From an uncultured delta proteobacterium (GTDB lineage Bacteria > Myxococcota_A > Polyangia > Polyangiales > Houyiibacteriaceae), in NCBI GenBank assembly GCA_963699755.1, contig CAVOVB010000001.1:160001-224000 (forward strand): DNA of 64,000 nt, written 5' to 3'. The translations under genes were made by a program, and so were the position numbers. The notes under the pieces were generated by a model. That model worked only from the letters and a program-made list of their open reading frames with translations. It ran no database searches and was not told the origin of the DNA. Positions 49,036-58,111 of this stretch are shown piece after piece; the first letter of the stretch is position 1, and the number at the start of each line of letters is the position of its first letter.

Positions 49036-49803
49036 TCAAATCCCGAGAAGAGCTGCTCCGTACGCGCCCATCAATTGGGGCTCGTCGGGAAGGATGACGC
49101 CCTGGACGGTCGCTTCAGCGATCATCTTTCGGACGGCCTGGTTCTTCGCGACGCCACCGGAGAGCATCAGAGGGGCGACGATGCCGACGTTTCGAGCCAT
49201 CGAAACGACTCGCCCGACCAAGGAGCGGTGAAGGCCGCGAAGGATCGCGTCGGGCTCGGCGCCGCGGGCTATCAAGGAGATGATCTCAGACTCGGCGAAC
49301 ACCGTGCAGGTGGAGCTGATCGGTTCCTCGTCGGTCGTCGAAAGCGCCCGGACACCGAGCTCTTCGACCGAAACGCTCAAGCGCGCCGCGGTGTACTCCA
49401 AGAAACGGCCAGTCCCCGCTGCACACTTGTCGTTCATCATGAAGTCGACCGGCCGCCCATCTTCGCCGATCTGAATGACCTTGCTGTCCTGTCCGCCGAT
49501 GTCGATCAAGGTGCCGGCTCGCCCGAGATCCCGAAAGACACCTCGGGCGTGACAGGTGATCTCCGTCAAGTTTCGCGTGGCTTCCTTGATCAGCTTGCGT
49601 CCGTATCCAGTGGCGATCGTCGGTACGGCTTGGCCGGCGCCGTGTTCGTCCCGGATAGCCTCCAGCAGCCTTCGAACCTGTACCTCGACGCGTGGCTCGG
49701 TCGGCTCGAGCAGCGAGCCCAGGATAGCGCCGTTCCGATCGACCGCGACGAGCTTGCAAGTGGTCGAGCCCGCATCGATTCCGATCGCGGCAACTCTGCT
49801 CAC
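49036..49803 (-). CDS. ATP-dependent activator of 2-hydroxyacyl-CoA dehydratase (HgdC/BcrAD ASKHA family)
   Basis: GIDAGSTTCK, TGYGR, EITCHARG, DIGGQDSK, MNDKCAAGTGRFL, CTVFAESE, GAYGAAL. Confidence 0.93.
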   Translation of the reverse strand: MSRVAAIGIDAGSTTCKLVAVDRNGAILGSLLEPTEPRVEVQVRRLLEAIRDEHGAGQAVPTIATGYGRKLIKEATRNLTEITCHARGVFRDLGRAGTLIDIGGQDSKVIQIGEDGRPVDFMMNDKCAAGTGRFLEYTAARLSVSVEELGVRALSTTDEEPISSTCTVFAESEIISLIARGAEPDAILRGLHRSLVGRVVSMARNVGIVAPLMLSGGVAKNQAVRKMIAEATVQGVILPDEPQLMGAYGAALLGI

Positions 49804-51158
49804 CCGTGCGCCTCCATCGTTTCGATGAACGCCTCGAGTCGGTTACTCCCTTGCTCGTCCGAGTAGTCACGCGGATCGTTGTGGTCGGCTTCGAGGAGCA
49901 GGGCGGGGATACCGAGCTTGTTGACCAGCTGATCGCGCTGATCGATCTGCCCGAGCGAATAAGGCTTGCAAGAGCGATCCGAGTGGAGGATCACCCCGTC
50001 GAGCTCGAACGCGTCGACCATTCGTTTCATCGAGTCGAGCTTGTGCGCGGTGGACCGGTTCAAGACCGGATGAAGATACACGCGAGCCATGGAGTCGAGC
50101 GGCTGCGCCGGGTCGATCATCGGCGCAAGCTCGCCCCAGGCGAAAGTGTAAGTCGATGCCACGACGTTGACACCCCGCTCCGCAAGCCACTTCGAAAACT
50201 CGCCGATCTTGAACCAGATGGGAAGGTTGTCCCAGAGCACTCGGTATCGCTCTTGCTTGATGGCGCCGATGCCGCGCTCGATCCGTTCGTCGAGCTCGGC
50301 GATGAGGCGTTCGTAATAGGCAACCGTCACGGCTTCGCCCCGCATGTCGACGATGGGACCCATGTGGATGAAGCCGTCGAACGCGGTCATCGGCGCCGGC
50401 CGGTGCCGGGAGCGGTTGAGGACCTCGAGCCAGAGCTCTGCGCCTCGCCGCGCATTGGTCATCACTTCTTCGAAGCGCTTCTCGTCGAGTGACTTGCCCG
50501 CGATCTCTTCGGCAACGCAGATCATGTCTTCGATCTGGCGCCTCACGAACGCGATCTCGTGGTCGTGGGCTTCTTGGTAGAGGAAGGGCGTGTCGATCAG
50601 CACGAGTGGACAGTCGAAGTAGTCCGCCAAGACGCGGTACCAGTGCAACACCGTTTGGCAGATGTTGGTGCAGCAGACGAGCAGGTCCGGGCGGGGCAAA
50701 CGACCGGCGGGGGTCTTTCCGGAAAGCATCGCGCCGATGTCGGTGCGCGCATAGGAGCAGATGTCACGCGACCAGCCGGCATGCTCCGCCTCTTCGGCGA
50801 TGCTCTGCGCCTGACGCCGAACGCCACAGAGAGCAGCGTGGTTTTCGGGGTACACGAGGAAGTAGCCGAGAGCCTGAAGAGGTTCGGTTGGCGCGCCGCT
50901 CGTCACCCAGGCGACCTTCCGGACACCGGCTGCGTACCGCCCTTCGAGGTAGTGGCGGCTCATGATTTCCTTCATGTACGCGACCGAACGAAGCGGCGGA
51001 TTGAGCGGGCTGTCGGGCCGCGGACGTCTTGTGGCGAACTTCCACTGATCGCGCCAACGCTGAAGGCGAAGCGCCGTCTTGCCGAGGACCTCATAGCTGA
51101 CGAAGTGCTCCAGCCGATTGGAATCCACGTAGTGCGGTAGAGCTTCCGAACTGCTCAT
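49800..51158 (-). CDS. 2-hydroxyacyl-CoA dehydratase / benzoyl-CoA reductase subunit (HgdA/BcrB-like)
   Basis: YPENHAA, DICSY, TNICQT, RSCKP, RLEAFIE. Confidence 0.88.
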   Translation of the reverse strand: MSSSEALPHYVDSNRLEHFVSYEVLGKTALRLQRWRDQWKFATRRPRPDSPLNPPLRSVAYMKEIMSRHYLEGRYAAGVRKVAWVTSGAPTEPLQALGYFLVYPENHAALCGVRRQAQSIAEEAEHAGWSRDICSYARTDIGAMLSGKTPAGRLPRPDLLVCCTNICQTVLHWYRVLADYFDCPLVLIDTPFLYQEAHDHEIAFVRRQIEDMICVAEEIAGKSLDEKRFEEVMTNARRGAELWLEVLNRSRHRPAPMTAFDGFIHMGPIVDMRGEAVTVAYYERLIAELDERIERGIGAIKQERYRVLWDNLPIWFKIGEFSKWLAERGVNVVASTYTFAWGELAPMIDPAQPLDSMARVYLHPVLNRSTAHKLDSMKRMVDAFELDGVILHSDRSCKPYSLGQIDQRDQLVNKLGIPALLLEADHNDPRDYSDEQGSNRLEAFIETMEAHG

Positions 51159-52270
51159 GAGAGCGTCTCCACGAAGGCTTCGATGCGTGACAGGGTCTGG
51201 TGAGGAAGGCTGTTCCCCATCTCGAACTCGACATGTAGGACTGGAAATCCGGCTGCATTCAGGTGTTTGCGAAGCAGTGGGACGTCGAAGAGCTCTGGTT
51301 CGCAGAACTTCGGGTCGTAGATGAGGAGCCCACGAGCGCCCAGTGCCCGCATCCGCATTTGAAGCGTGTCGGTGCGCACGTGGATGGGGGTGCCGCAGGT
51401 CGGATCGGCCGGAGACGTCAAGAGCCGATTGGCGGCACGCTCGAGGGGGTCGGCTTCCGCCGAGAGCGAATAGACTCGTCGAAAACCGCAGGCGAGATCA
51501 TCGCCCGCAACGTGCGCGCCCATTTCTTCGATCTGGTCGAAGAGCTCCGGCTCCGCCACGATGCCAGAAATCATGAGGCCGACTCCACGCTGCGGCGCCT
51601 CGCCTTCGGGGAGCGCGGCAGCCTGCTCGGAAAACTGCTCGGCGGTGAGGTACTCGCGGGAGCGGACGACTGTGTAGAAATCGCGATCAGAAACCGCAAG
51701 CCGGACGCGACGCTCGTACAGGCCTGCCAAGGCAGCGTCGGCAGCGTCTTCTGCTTCGAAAGCCTCGACCCAGTCATCCGCGCTTGGCTCGTGGCCACTG
51801 ACCTCGACGAGCGTGGTGGCAAGCCGCCCGAGCTCACGGCGGAGAAACTCGTGGTCGGAGCTTCGGCGGCCCCGAGGCAGATAGAGAGTGAGCACGCGTT
51901 GATCTGGCTGGAGAAAATCCTCGAGCACCGAGCCCATGCCCTGCAAGGCGTCACAGGTATGTGGAACCAAAATCGCCTTCGCCGCGTCGAGACCGCCTGA
52001 ACGAAGGAATGACATCGCCTTCACGACGATGTCACAGGTGTAGGCCTGGAAGTGACGGCTCCCCTCGTGACGCTCGACATGCGGAGGCCCCCAAACCTCG
52101 ATCGGGTGGAGCCGATGCGCACGAAGCATCGCGCGCGGATAGTGAATCGGCATCACCGCAACGAGGTCACGACCAAGCGACCGAACATGCTCGACGACTT
52201 CAAGCCGGCTGGGGAGCGAAAGCGCTGCGGTGACAGGCTCAGACACGGAAACGAGTCTGCCCCAATTCAC
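51155..52270 (-). CDS. 2-hydroxyacyl-CoA dehydratase / benzoyl-CoA reductase subunit (HgdB/BcrC-like)
   Basis: YTCDI, HTCDALQ, DDLACG, KFCEPELFD, RIEAFVE. Start estimated. Confidence 0.86.
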   Translation of the reverse strand: MNWGRLVSVSEPVTAALSLPSRLEVVEHVRSLGRDLVAVMPIHYPRAMLRAHRLHPIEVWGPPHVERHEGSRHFQAYTCDIVVKAMSFLRSGGLDAAKAILVPHTCDALQGMGSVLEDFLQPDQRVLTLYLPRGRRSSDHEFLRRELGRLATTLVEVSGHEPSADDWVEAFEAEDAADAALAGLYERRVRLAVSDRDFYTVVRSREYLTAEQFSEQAAALPEGEAPQRGVGLMISGIVAEPELFDQIEEMGAHVAGDDLACGFRRVYSLSAEADPLERAANRLLTSPADPTCGTPIHVRTDTLQMRMRALGARGLLIYDPKFCEPELFDVPLLRKHLNAAGFPVLHVEFEMGNSLPHQTLSRIEAFVETLS

Positions 52271-52336
52271 CGTACCCCGTCGACCCGAAGATCGGCGAAC
52301 CCGGCACCGACGCTGGCACCAACACCGGCCCCCAGA

Positions 52337-52450
52337 CATGCGCGGCAGCGCGAGCTGAAAGCGAAGCCCGGCGCAACGCGCCGCCAAGCCTAAGCGAAGC
52401 GCCAGGCGCGGCAGGGAGGACTACGGGTGGGGGTGGGCGGGTGGTGTAAC
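52337..52450 (+). repeat. Structured dispersed repeat, copy 2
   Basis: Homologous to 30661-30780, with compensatory stem changes. Confidence 0.85.
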
Positions 52451-52646
52451 CAACACCGACGCCGGCGCTGGCCCCGGGACCACGAGAATCTGGCTACGAG
52501 GGGCCGCGGAATCGCAACCAGATGCGGAAAGGGTCCGAGAGCGCAAATGTTTCGCTTTCAGCGCTGGGACGCTCAGGTGTAGATTCAAGCTTCGGCGCTC
52601 CGCACCGCCTTCCGTCGGCGGCTATTCGGGCGCGGGAAGGAAAGCC

Positions 52647-54398
52647 ATGACTCAGATGGTTGGAGGAGAGGTGCTCGCTCGGATGCTGGCGGCCGAGGGC
52701 GTGGAGGTCGTTTTCGGGATCGTCGATGGCACGTACATGGGCTTCTTTGCGAGCTTCGAGAAGCACGGCATCCGGATGGTGTCGCCCCGGCACGAAACGA
52801 GCGCCGCCCACATGGCGGGCGCATATGCCCGTCTCACCGGTAAGCTCGGGGTTTGCATGGCGTCGAATGGCCCCGGCGTTGCGAACATCCTGCCGGGGAT
52901 CGCGGTGGAAAACGGAGAAGGCAACCGTGTCCTCGTGATCACATCGAGCCGACGGACGCCGATCTCCTATCCGGATCGCGGTGGCACGTATCAGTACTTC
53001 AACCAAACTGGTGTCACGCGAGCGATGACCAAGTGGAGTGGCGCGGTACCTTCCTTTGAACGCCTTCCCGAGCTCTTCCGCCGCGCCGCACGGATCAGCT
53101 GGACAGGGCGCCCCGGGGTCGTTCACCTCGATGTTCCGGAAACCGTGATGAACGGAGTCTTCGAAGCCGATGCGATCGATCTTCGACCGCCGCAAGCGTA
53201 CCGACGCACCGAGCCCATCGAAGCTTCGCCGAGCCAGATCGCGCGCTCGGCGGAGCTCCTTCGAAACGCGGAGCGTCCCCACATCCACGTCGGAAGCGGA
53301 GTCCTGCATGCGCACGCCTCGGACGCCCTCGAACAGCTCGCCGAATCGACGGGCTCGCCCGTCACCACGAGCTGGGCCGGGCGCGGCGCCCTCCCCGACA
53401 ATCACCAGCAATTGCTGCCGATTTGGGCGATGGAGCCGATCAACCAGGCCCGGAGCGAAGCCGATGTCGTCTTGGTCATCGGCTCGCGGCTCGGGGAGAC
53501 CGATTGGTGGGGCAAGCCTCCATACTGGGGCGAGCCGGATGAGCAGAAGATGATCCAGGTCGACGTCGACGAGGAGATTCTCGGGCTGAACAAGGCCACC
53601 GAGCTCGCCATCGTTGCAGACGCCCGGACATTTCTTTCCGCCCTCGCAGCCCAGCTGAAGCGATCACCGCTCAGCGACGAGCGCTTGCGGGCCAATCGAG
53701 CGCGCGCGGCTGGCCTTGCTGAGGACGTGGGCAAGGTTCGCGCACAGCTCGACATGGCGCTTCAGAACACGGCAAGCCCGATGCACAGCGCTCAGGTGCC
53801 TGCGGCCTGCCAGCGCTTCTTTGGCGACGACACCGTCCGTGTCTTCGACGGCGGCAACGCGACCGTCTGGGCAAGCTTTTTCTCCGAGATCAATCGACCC
53901 GACACGCTTCTATCGACCTTCAAGTTCGGAATGTTGGGCGCCGGCGTTTCGCAGGCGCTTGCCGGACAAATCGCCAAGCCGGATTCGAAAGTCGTCTGCA
54001 TCATCGGCGATGGTGCGATGGGCTTTCACTTTCAAGAGCTCGAAACCGCGCTGCGCAACGACCTGCCCATCATCTACCTGGTCCTCTGCGACAAGCAATG
54101 GGGCATGGTGAAGCTCACGCAGTCGATCGCGCTCGGCATGCTGCGTCCCGCCATCGGAACCGATCAGCAGGGCACGATCAACGCAGATTTCAAGGAGATC
54201 GAGTTCGACAAGGTCGCAGAGGCGATGGGTTGCCACGGCGAGCGGGTCGCCGACCCGGCGGAGCTCGAGGCGGCGCTTCAGCGCTGCGTGGATTCGGGCA
54301 AGCCGTCGGTCATTCACGTCGATGTAGATCAGAACATGCATCTGTTCGCGCCCGGGCTTCAGGAGTTCAAGGCGATGCACCAGGAGCCTGGAGCCTGA
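52647..54398 (+). CDS. Thiamine-diphosphate-dependent enzyme (acetolactate synthase / acyl-CoA lyase-like)
   Basis: RHE..AAHMA, GPGVAN, GRPGVVHLDVP, DGG, GDGAMGF...WGMV. Confidence 0.9.
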   Translation: MTQMVGGEVLARMLAAEGVEVVFGIVDGTYMGFFASFEKHGIRMVSPRHETSAAHMAGAYARLTGKLGVCMASNGPGVANILPGIAVENGEGNRVLVITSSRRTPISYPDRGGTYQYFNQTGVTRAMTKWSGAVPSFERLPELFRRAARISWTGRPGVVHLDVPETVMNGVFEADAIDLRPPQAYRRTEPIEASPSQIARSAELLRNAERPHIHVGSGVLHAHASDALEQLAESTGSPVTTSWAGRGALPDNHQQLLPIWAMEPINQARSEADVVLVIGSRLGETDWWGKPPYWGEPDEQKMIQVDVDEEILGLNKATELAIVADARTFLSALAAQLKRSPLSDERLRANRARAAGLAEDVGKVRAQLDMALQNTASPMHSAQVPAACQRFFGDDTVRVFDGGNATVWASFFSEINRPDTLLSTFKFGMLGAGVSQALAGQIAKPDSKVVCIIGDGAMGFHFQELETALRNDLPIIYLVLCDKQWGMVKLTQSIALGMLRPAIGTDQQGTINADFKEIEFDKVAEAMGCHGERVADPAELEAALQRCVDSGKPSVIHVDVDQNMHLFAPGLQEFKAMHQEPGA

Positions 54399-55366
54399 TG
54401 GGCGCGGGCCCCGCGGTCTTGGTGACCGGGGCGGCTGGCTACGTCGGTCGTCTCTGCGTCGCCGCCCTGGCGAAACGACGGGACGAGCTTTCCGCGCTGG
54501 TCGCGCTCGATTGGACCGAGGTCGAGCAGGCCGAGCGACTCGATGCTGTGGTCTACGAGCAGGACGACATCTGCGACCCCGCGCTCAAGGACCTGTTTGC
54601 TCGGCACGGCATCGACACCGTCGTCCACCTCGCTTCGATCGTTCGGACGCCCAGGGGTGCGCCCAAAGACCTGGCCTATCGGGTCGACGTGCTCGGCACC
54701 AAAAACATCCTCGAGGCATGCGAGGCGGTAGAGGCGACACGGCTGATCGTAACCTCCAGTGGCGCGGCCTACGGATATCATCCGGACAACCCCGATTGGT
54801 TGGATGAGAATGACCCGCTCCGAGGCAACGACGAGTTCGAATACTCGAAACACAAACGCATCGTCGAAGAGATGCTCGCGCGCTGGCGCGAGGAACGTCC
54901 CGAGCTTCGACAGATCGTATTCCGACCCGGTACCATCGTCGGACCCGACGTGCACAGCCCGGTGACCGACCTCTTCGAGAAGCCCGTGATTCTGGGCATC
55001 GTCGGCTCGGACTCGCCGTTCGTGTTCATTTGGGATCAGGACCTGGTGGCCTGCCTCGTCGACGCGGTCTTCTCGAACAAGATCGGCGTCTACAACCAGG
55101 CTGGAGACGGCGCGCTCACCCCGCGCGAGATCGCGAAGATGCTGAACAAGCCCTATGTGCCCTTGCCGGCATCGCTCGTGAAGGCAATCCTTTGGGCGCT
55201 CAAGAGCCTCGGTTTGACCGAGAACGGACCGGAGCGAGTGAACTTCCTGCGCTACCGGCCGGTGCTCTCGAACCGGCGGCTCAAGGAGGAGCTCGGCTAC
55301 ATCCCAGCGCTCAGCAGTCGCGAAGCATTCGAGCTGTACGCCCGCGCGCGGGGGCTTCTTGCCTAG
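54398..55366 (+). CDS. Extended SDR (NAD-dependent epimerase/dehydratase family)
   Basis: VLVTGAAGYVG, HLAS, SSGAAYG, YSKHK. TGATG coupling. Confidence 0.9.
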   Translation: MGAGPAVLVTGAAGYVGRLCVAALAKRRDELSALVALDWTEVEQAERLDAVVYEQDDICDPALKDLFARHGIDTVVHLASIVRTPRGAPKDLAYRVDVLGTKNILEACEAVEATRLIVTSSGAAYGYHPDNPDWLDENDPLRGNDEFEYSKHKRIVEEMLARWREERPELRQIVFRPGTIVGPDVHSPVTDLFEKPVILGIVGSDSPFVFIWDQDLVACLVDAVFSNKIGVYNQAGDGALTPREIAKMLNKPYVPLPASLVKAILWALKSLGLTENGPERVNFLRYRPVLSNRRLKEELGYIPALSSREAFELYARARGLLA

Positions 55367-56174
55367 GCGTGATATCCATGGATGCGCGGTCGTCATCACA
55401 GGCGGCGCCGGCACGATCGGACGCGCGCTCGCTCGAAGCTTTGGTCGGGCAGGCGCGAAAATCGCCCTCATCGACTTGCCCACGAGCCCCTTGAGCGAGG
55501 CGCGCGACGAGCTCGAACGCACGGGCATCGACGTGATTGCACTAGCCTGCGACATCACCGACACGGAGCAAGTGCAGTCAACCATGGGCGCCGTGCGCGA
55601 AACCTTCGGGAGCATCGACGTGCTGATCAACAACGCGGGCATCGTGCATCGAAGCGCGTTCGCAGAGACGCGGCCTGAGGTGTTTCGCCGAGTGATGGAC
55701 GTGAACGTGTTTGGCGCGCTGCACTGCACGCAAGCCTGTCTTGCTGATCTCGTCGCGAACCGTGGACTTATCATCGCCGTCTCGAGCATCGCCGGATTGG
55801 CGCCACTCTACGGGCGCAGCGGATACGCTGCCTCGAAACACGCAATGCACGGTCTCTTCGAGAGCTTGGGCGCAGAGCTCGCGGACGAGGGGGTCGGCGT
55901 GCTGATGGTCTGCCCTTCGTTCGTCGAAAGCGGCTTGGAGGCGTCCACGCTCGGCGGCGACGGCGAGCGCGTCTCGCGGCCGCGGTCCAAGGTCGGAAAG
56001 CTCGGCGATGCGGATGCGGTCGCTGCCGAGGTGTTGAAGGCTGCCGAAGCTGGACGGCGACGGCTCGTCCTGACCCCCGTGGGCAAGACCAGCGCCGTCC
56101 TCTCGCGCCTCGCGCCCGGGCTCTATCAGAAACTGATGATTTGGAGCCTGCGCTCGGAGCTCGACGAGAGCTGA
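55359..56174 (+). CDS. Short-chain dehydrogenase/reductase
   Basis: TGGAGTIG, NNAG, YAASK. Confidence 0.9.
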   Translation: MPRRDIHGCAVVITGGAGTIGRALARSFGRAGAKIALIDLPTSPLSEARDELERTGIDVIALACDITDTEQVQSTMGAVRETFGSIDVLINNAGIVHRSAFAETRPEVFRRVMDVNVFGALHCTQACLADLVANRGLIIAVSSIAGLAPLYGRSGYAASKHAMHGLFESLGAELADEGVGVLMVCPSFVESGLEASTLGGDGERVSRPRSKVGKLGDADAVAAEVLKAAEAGRRRLVLTPVGKTSAVLSRLAPGLYQKLMIWSLRSELDES

Positions 56175-56185
56175 CGAGCTCTGGC

Positions 56186-57178
56186 TCAGCTCTTCGGCGC
56201 GGCCAAGCCCTTGACCGGATGCGCTTGGTATGGCGCTTCGAGCATCGCGATTTCTTCAGCGCTGAGCTGGATCTGCGCGGCGGCGATGGCGTCGTCCAGG
56301 TGCTTGAGCTTGGTTGCGCCCACGATCGGGGCCGTCACCGCCGGCTTTGAAAGCAGCCAGGCCAGAGCGATGCGTGCGGGTGGCTCGCCCCTGTCGGTCG
56401 CTACCTTCTTGACTGCATCGACGACGTCCCAGTCCGACGGCTGGTCGTACAGGATTTGATCGAGCCCGTCGCTAGATGAGCGGCTGGTGGAGCTGTCCCC
56501 GAGCTTGCTGCGCGTCGCAGCGAGCATCCCGCGAGCCAGCGGCGACCAGGGAATGACCCCGATCCCCTCCTCTTCGCAGAGCGGCATCATCTCGCGCTCC
56601 TCTTCGCGATACACGAGGTTGTAGTGGTTCTGCATCGTGACGAAGCGCGCCCAGCCGTTGCGCTCGGACATGGAAAGCAGTCTTTGAAACTGCCATGCGT
56701 ACATCGAGCTCGCACCGATGTAACGGACCTTTCCCTGTGTGACGAGCTGGTCGAGGGCCGCCATCATTTCTTCCATGGGCGTGTCTGGGTCCAGGCGGTG
56801 GATCTGGTAGAGGTCGATGGCGTCGACACCCAAACGCCGGAGGCTGGCCTCGCAGGCTTGCTGGATGTGCTTGCGAGAAAGCCCGCCCATGTTGGGGCGT
56901 TCGTTCATCGGAAAGAAGACCTTTGTACAGATGACGATTTCATCGAGGTTGCCGTATTCGCGAAGCCACTTCCCAGTCACTTCTTCGCTCACCCCGAGCG
57001 AATACATATCGGCGGTGTCGAAGAAATTGATGCCCGCCTCGATCGCACGCTTAAAAAAGGGTGCAGAGGCGTCCGAGTCGTGGATCCAAGGCCGCCAGTC
57101 GGGCGTTCCGTAGCTCATGCAGCCGAGACAAATTCGTGAGACGGTCACTCCCGTCCGGCCAAGATGCGTGTACCTCAT
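56186..57178 (-). CDS. Aldo/keto reductase
   Basis: GINFFDTADMYS, IDLYQIHR, GKVRYIGAS, QNHYNL, PWSPLARG. Confidence 0.94.
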   Translation of the reverse strand: MRYTHLGRTGVTVSRICLGCMSYGTPDWRPWIHDSDASAPFFKRAIEAGINFFDTADMYSLGVSEEVTGKWLREYGNLDEIVICTKVFFPMNERPNMGGLSRKHIQQACEASLRRLGVDAIDLYQIHRLDPDTPMEEMMAALDQLVTQGKVRYIGASSMYAWQFQRLLSMSERNGWARFVTMQNHYNLVYREEEREMMPLCEEEGIGVIPWSPLARGMLAATRSKLGDSSTSRSSSDGLDQILYDQPSDWDVVDAVKKVATDRGEPPARIALAWLLSKPAVTAPIVGATKLKHLDDAIAAAQIQLSAEEIAMLEAPYQAHPVKGLAAPKS

Positions 57179-57230
57179 GCCGTCGATACTACATCATCTG
57201 AACAAGCCGCTGCACCGCTCATGCGCCCTG

Positions 57231-57923
57231 TTAACTCTTCCCGTAGACCGGCACGAGAGCCCCGCGCGTGACCGCGTTCTCGGGTGAGGCAAGGAACGCT
57301 ATGGTTTCGGCGATTTCGTCGGGCTTCGGCCAGGCGTCGTAATTGGCGTCAGGCATGGCTGCGCGGTTTGCCGGGGTGTCGATGATGCTCGGAACGATGG
57401 CGTTGACCCAAATCGAAGAGCTCGAGAGCTCCTCTGCCAGCGAAAGCGTCAGCGCGGCAACAGCAGCCTTCGAAGCCGAATAGGCCGTCATCTGCCCGGC
57501 GGGCACGATGACCGGACGCGCCGCCACGTTGACGATGCGCCCTTCGCGCCCTTGCATCGTCTTCACTGCTTCGCGACAGGAGAGAAAGCACGTCGTCGCG
57601 TTGATGCGCATCAAATGCTCCCAAACGTCGAGACTGGTAGTGCTGATCGGGCCCATCGCAAAGCCGCCCGCGAGATGGATGCTCGCATAGAGCGAGGTCG
57701 TTGCGTCGAAGAGACGGGCTACGTCGGCTTCGATGCTCAGGTCCAGCCCCTCGTGAAGCTTCACCGAGTCGTGCCCGCGATAGGGAAAACCATCGAGCTC
57801 CCGCGGCGCGAAGATAGGAACATGCACGATCGCACCGGCCAGAACGAGACGCCCTACGACCGCGCTACCAAGGGCGCCCGTTCCGCCCGTAACGACCGCT
57901 TCGCGGCCAGAAAGATCCAGCAT
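57231..57923 (-). CDS. Short-chain dehydrogenase/reductase
   Basis: TGGTGALG, YSASK, PSIIDTPANR. Confidence 0.9.
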   Translation of the reverse strand: MLDLSGREAVVTGGTGALGSAVVGRLVLAGAIVHVPIFAPRELDGFPYRGHDSVKLHEGLDLSIEADVARLFDATTSLYASIHLAGGFAMGPISTTSLDVWEHLMRINATTCFLSCREAVKTMQGREGRIVNVAARPVIVPAGQMTAYSASKAAVAALTLSLAEELSSSSIWVNAIVPSIIDTPANRAAMPDANYDAWPKPDEIAETIAFLASPENAVTRGALVPVYGKS

Positions 57924-58111
57924 GGGCCGGAGCTTAGTTCAGGAAGCGGCAGACCTCACCTCGGGGCTCGGCCCTGCGGCGTAGGCGCTCACCTCTCCTC
58001 GAAACCTAGGCCCCGACGCGCTCTAGCGAGACCCTATGATCTCGATCAAAGGCAACACTTATGCTGCGAGAAGGTGTATTCTCGTTGGCCCGTCCGGATG
58101 AGGAGTGACTG

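Noticed and set aside
30661..52450. Possibility that the two repeats bound a 22-kb mobile element or are CRISPR/attC units
   Set aside because: The copies are diverged and enclose housekeeping genes (pyk, mscS, E2); no integrase, transposase, cas gene or regular spacing is present.
58049..58065. GG-N10-GC sigma54-like spacing upstream of the acyl-CoA synthetase
   Set aside because: Poor match to TGGCAC/TTGC; too weak to call.
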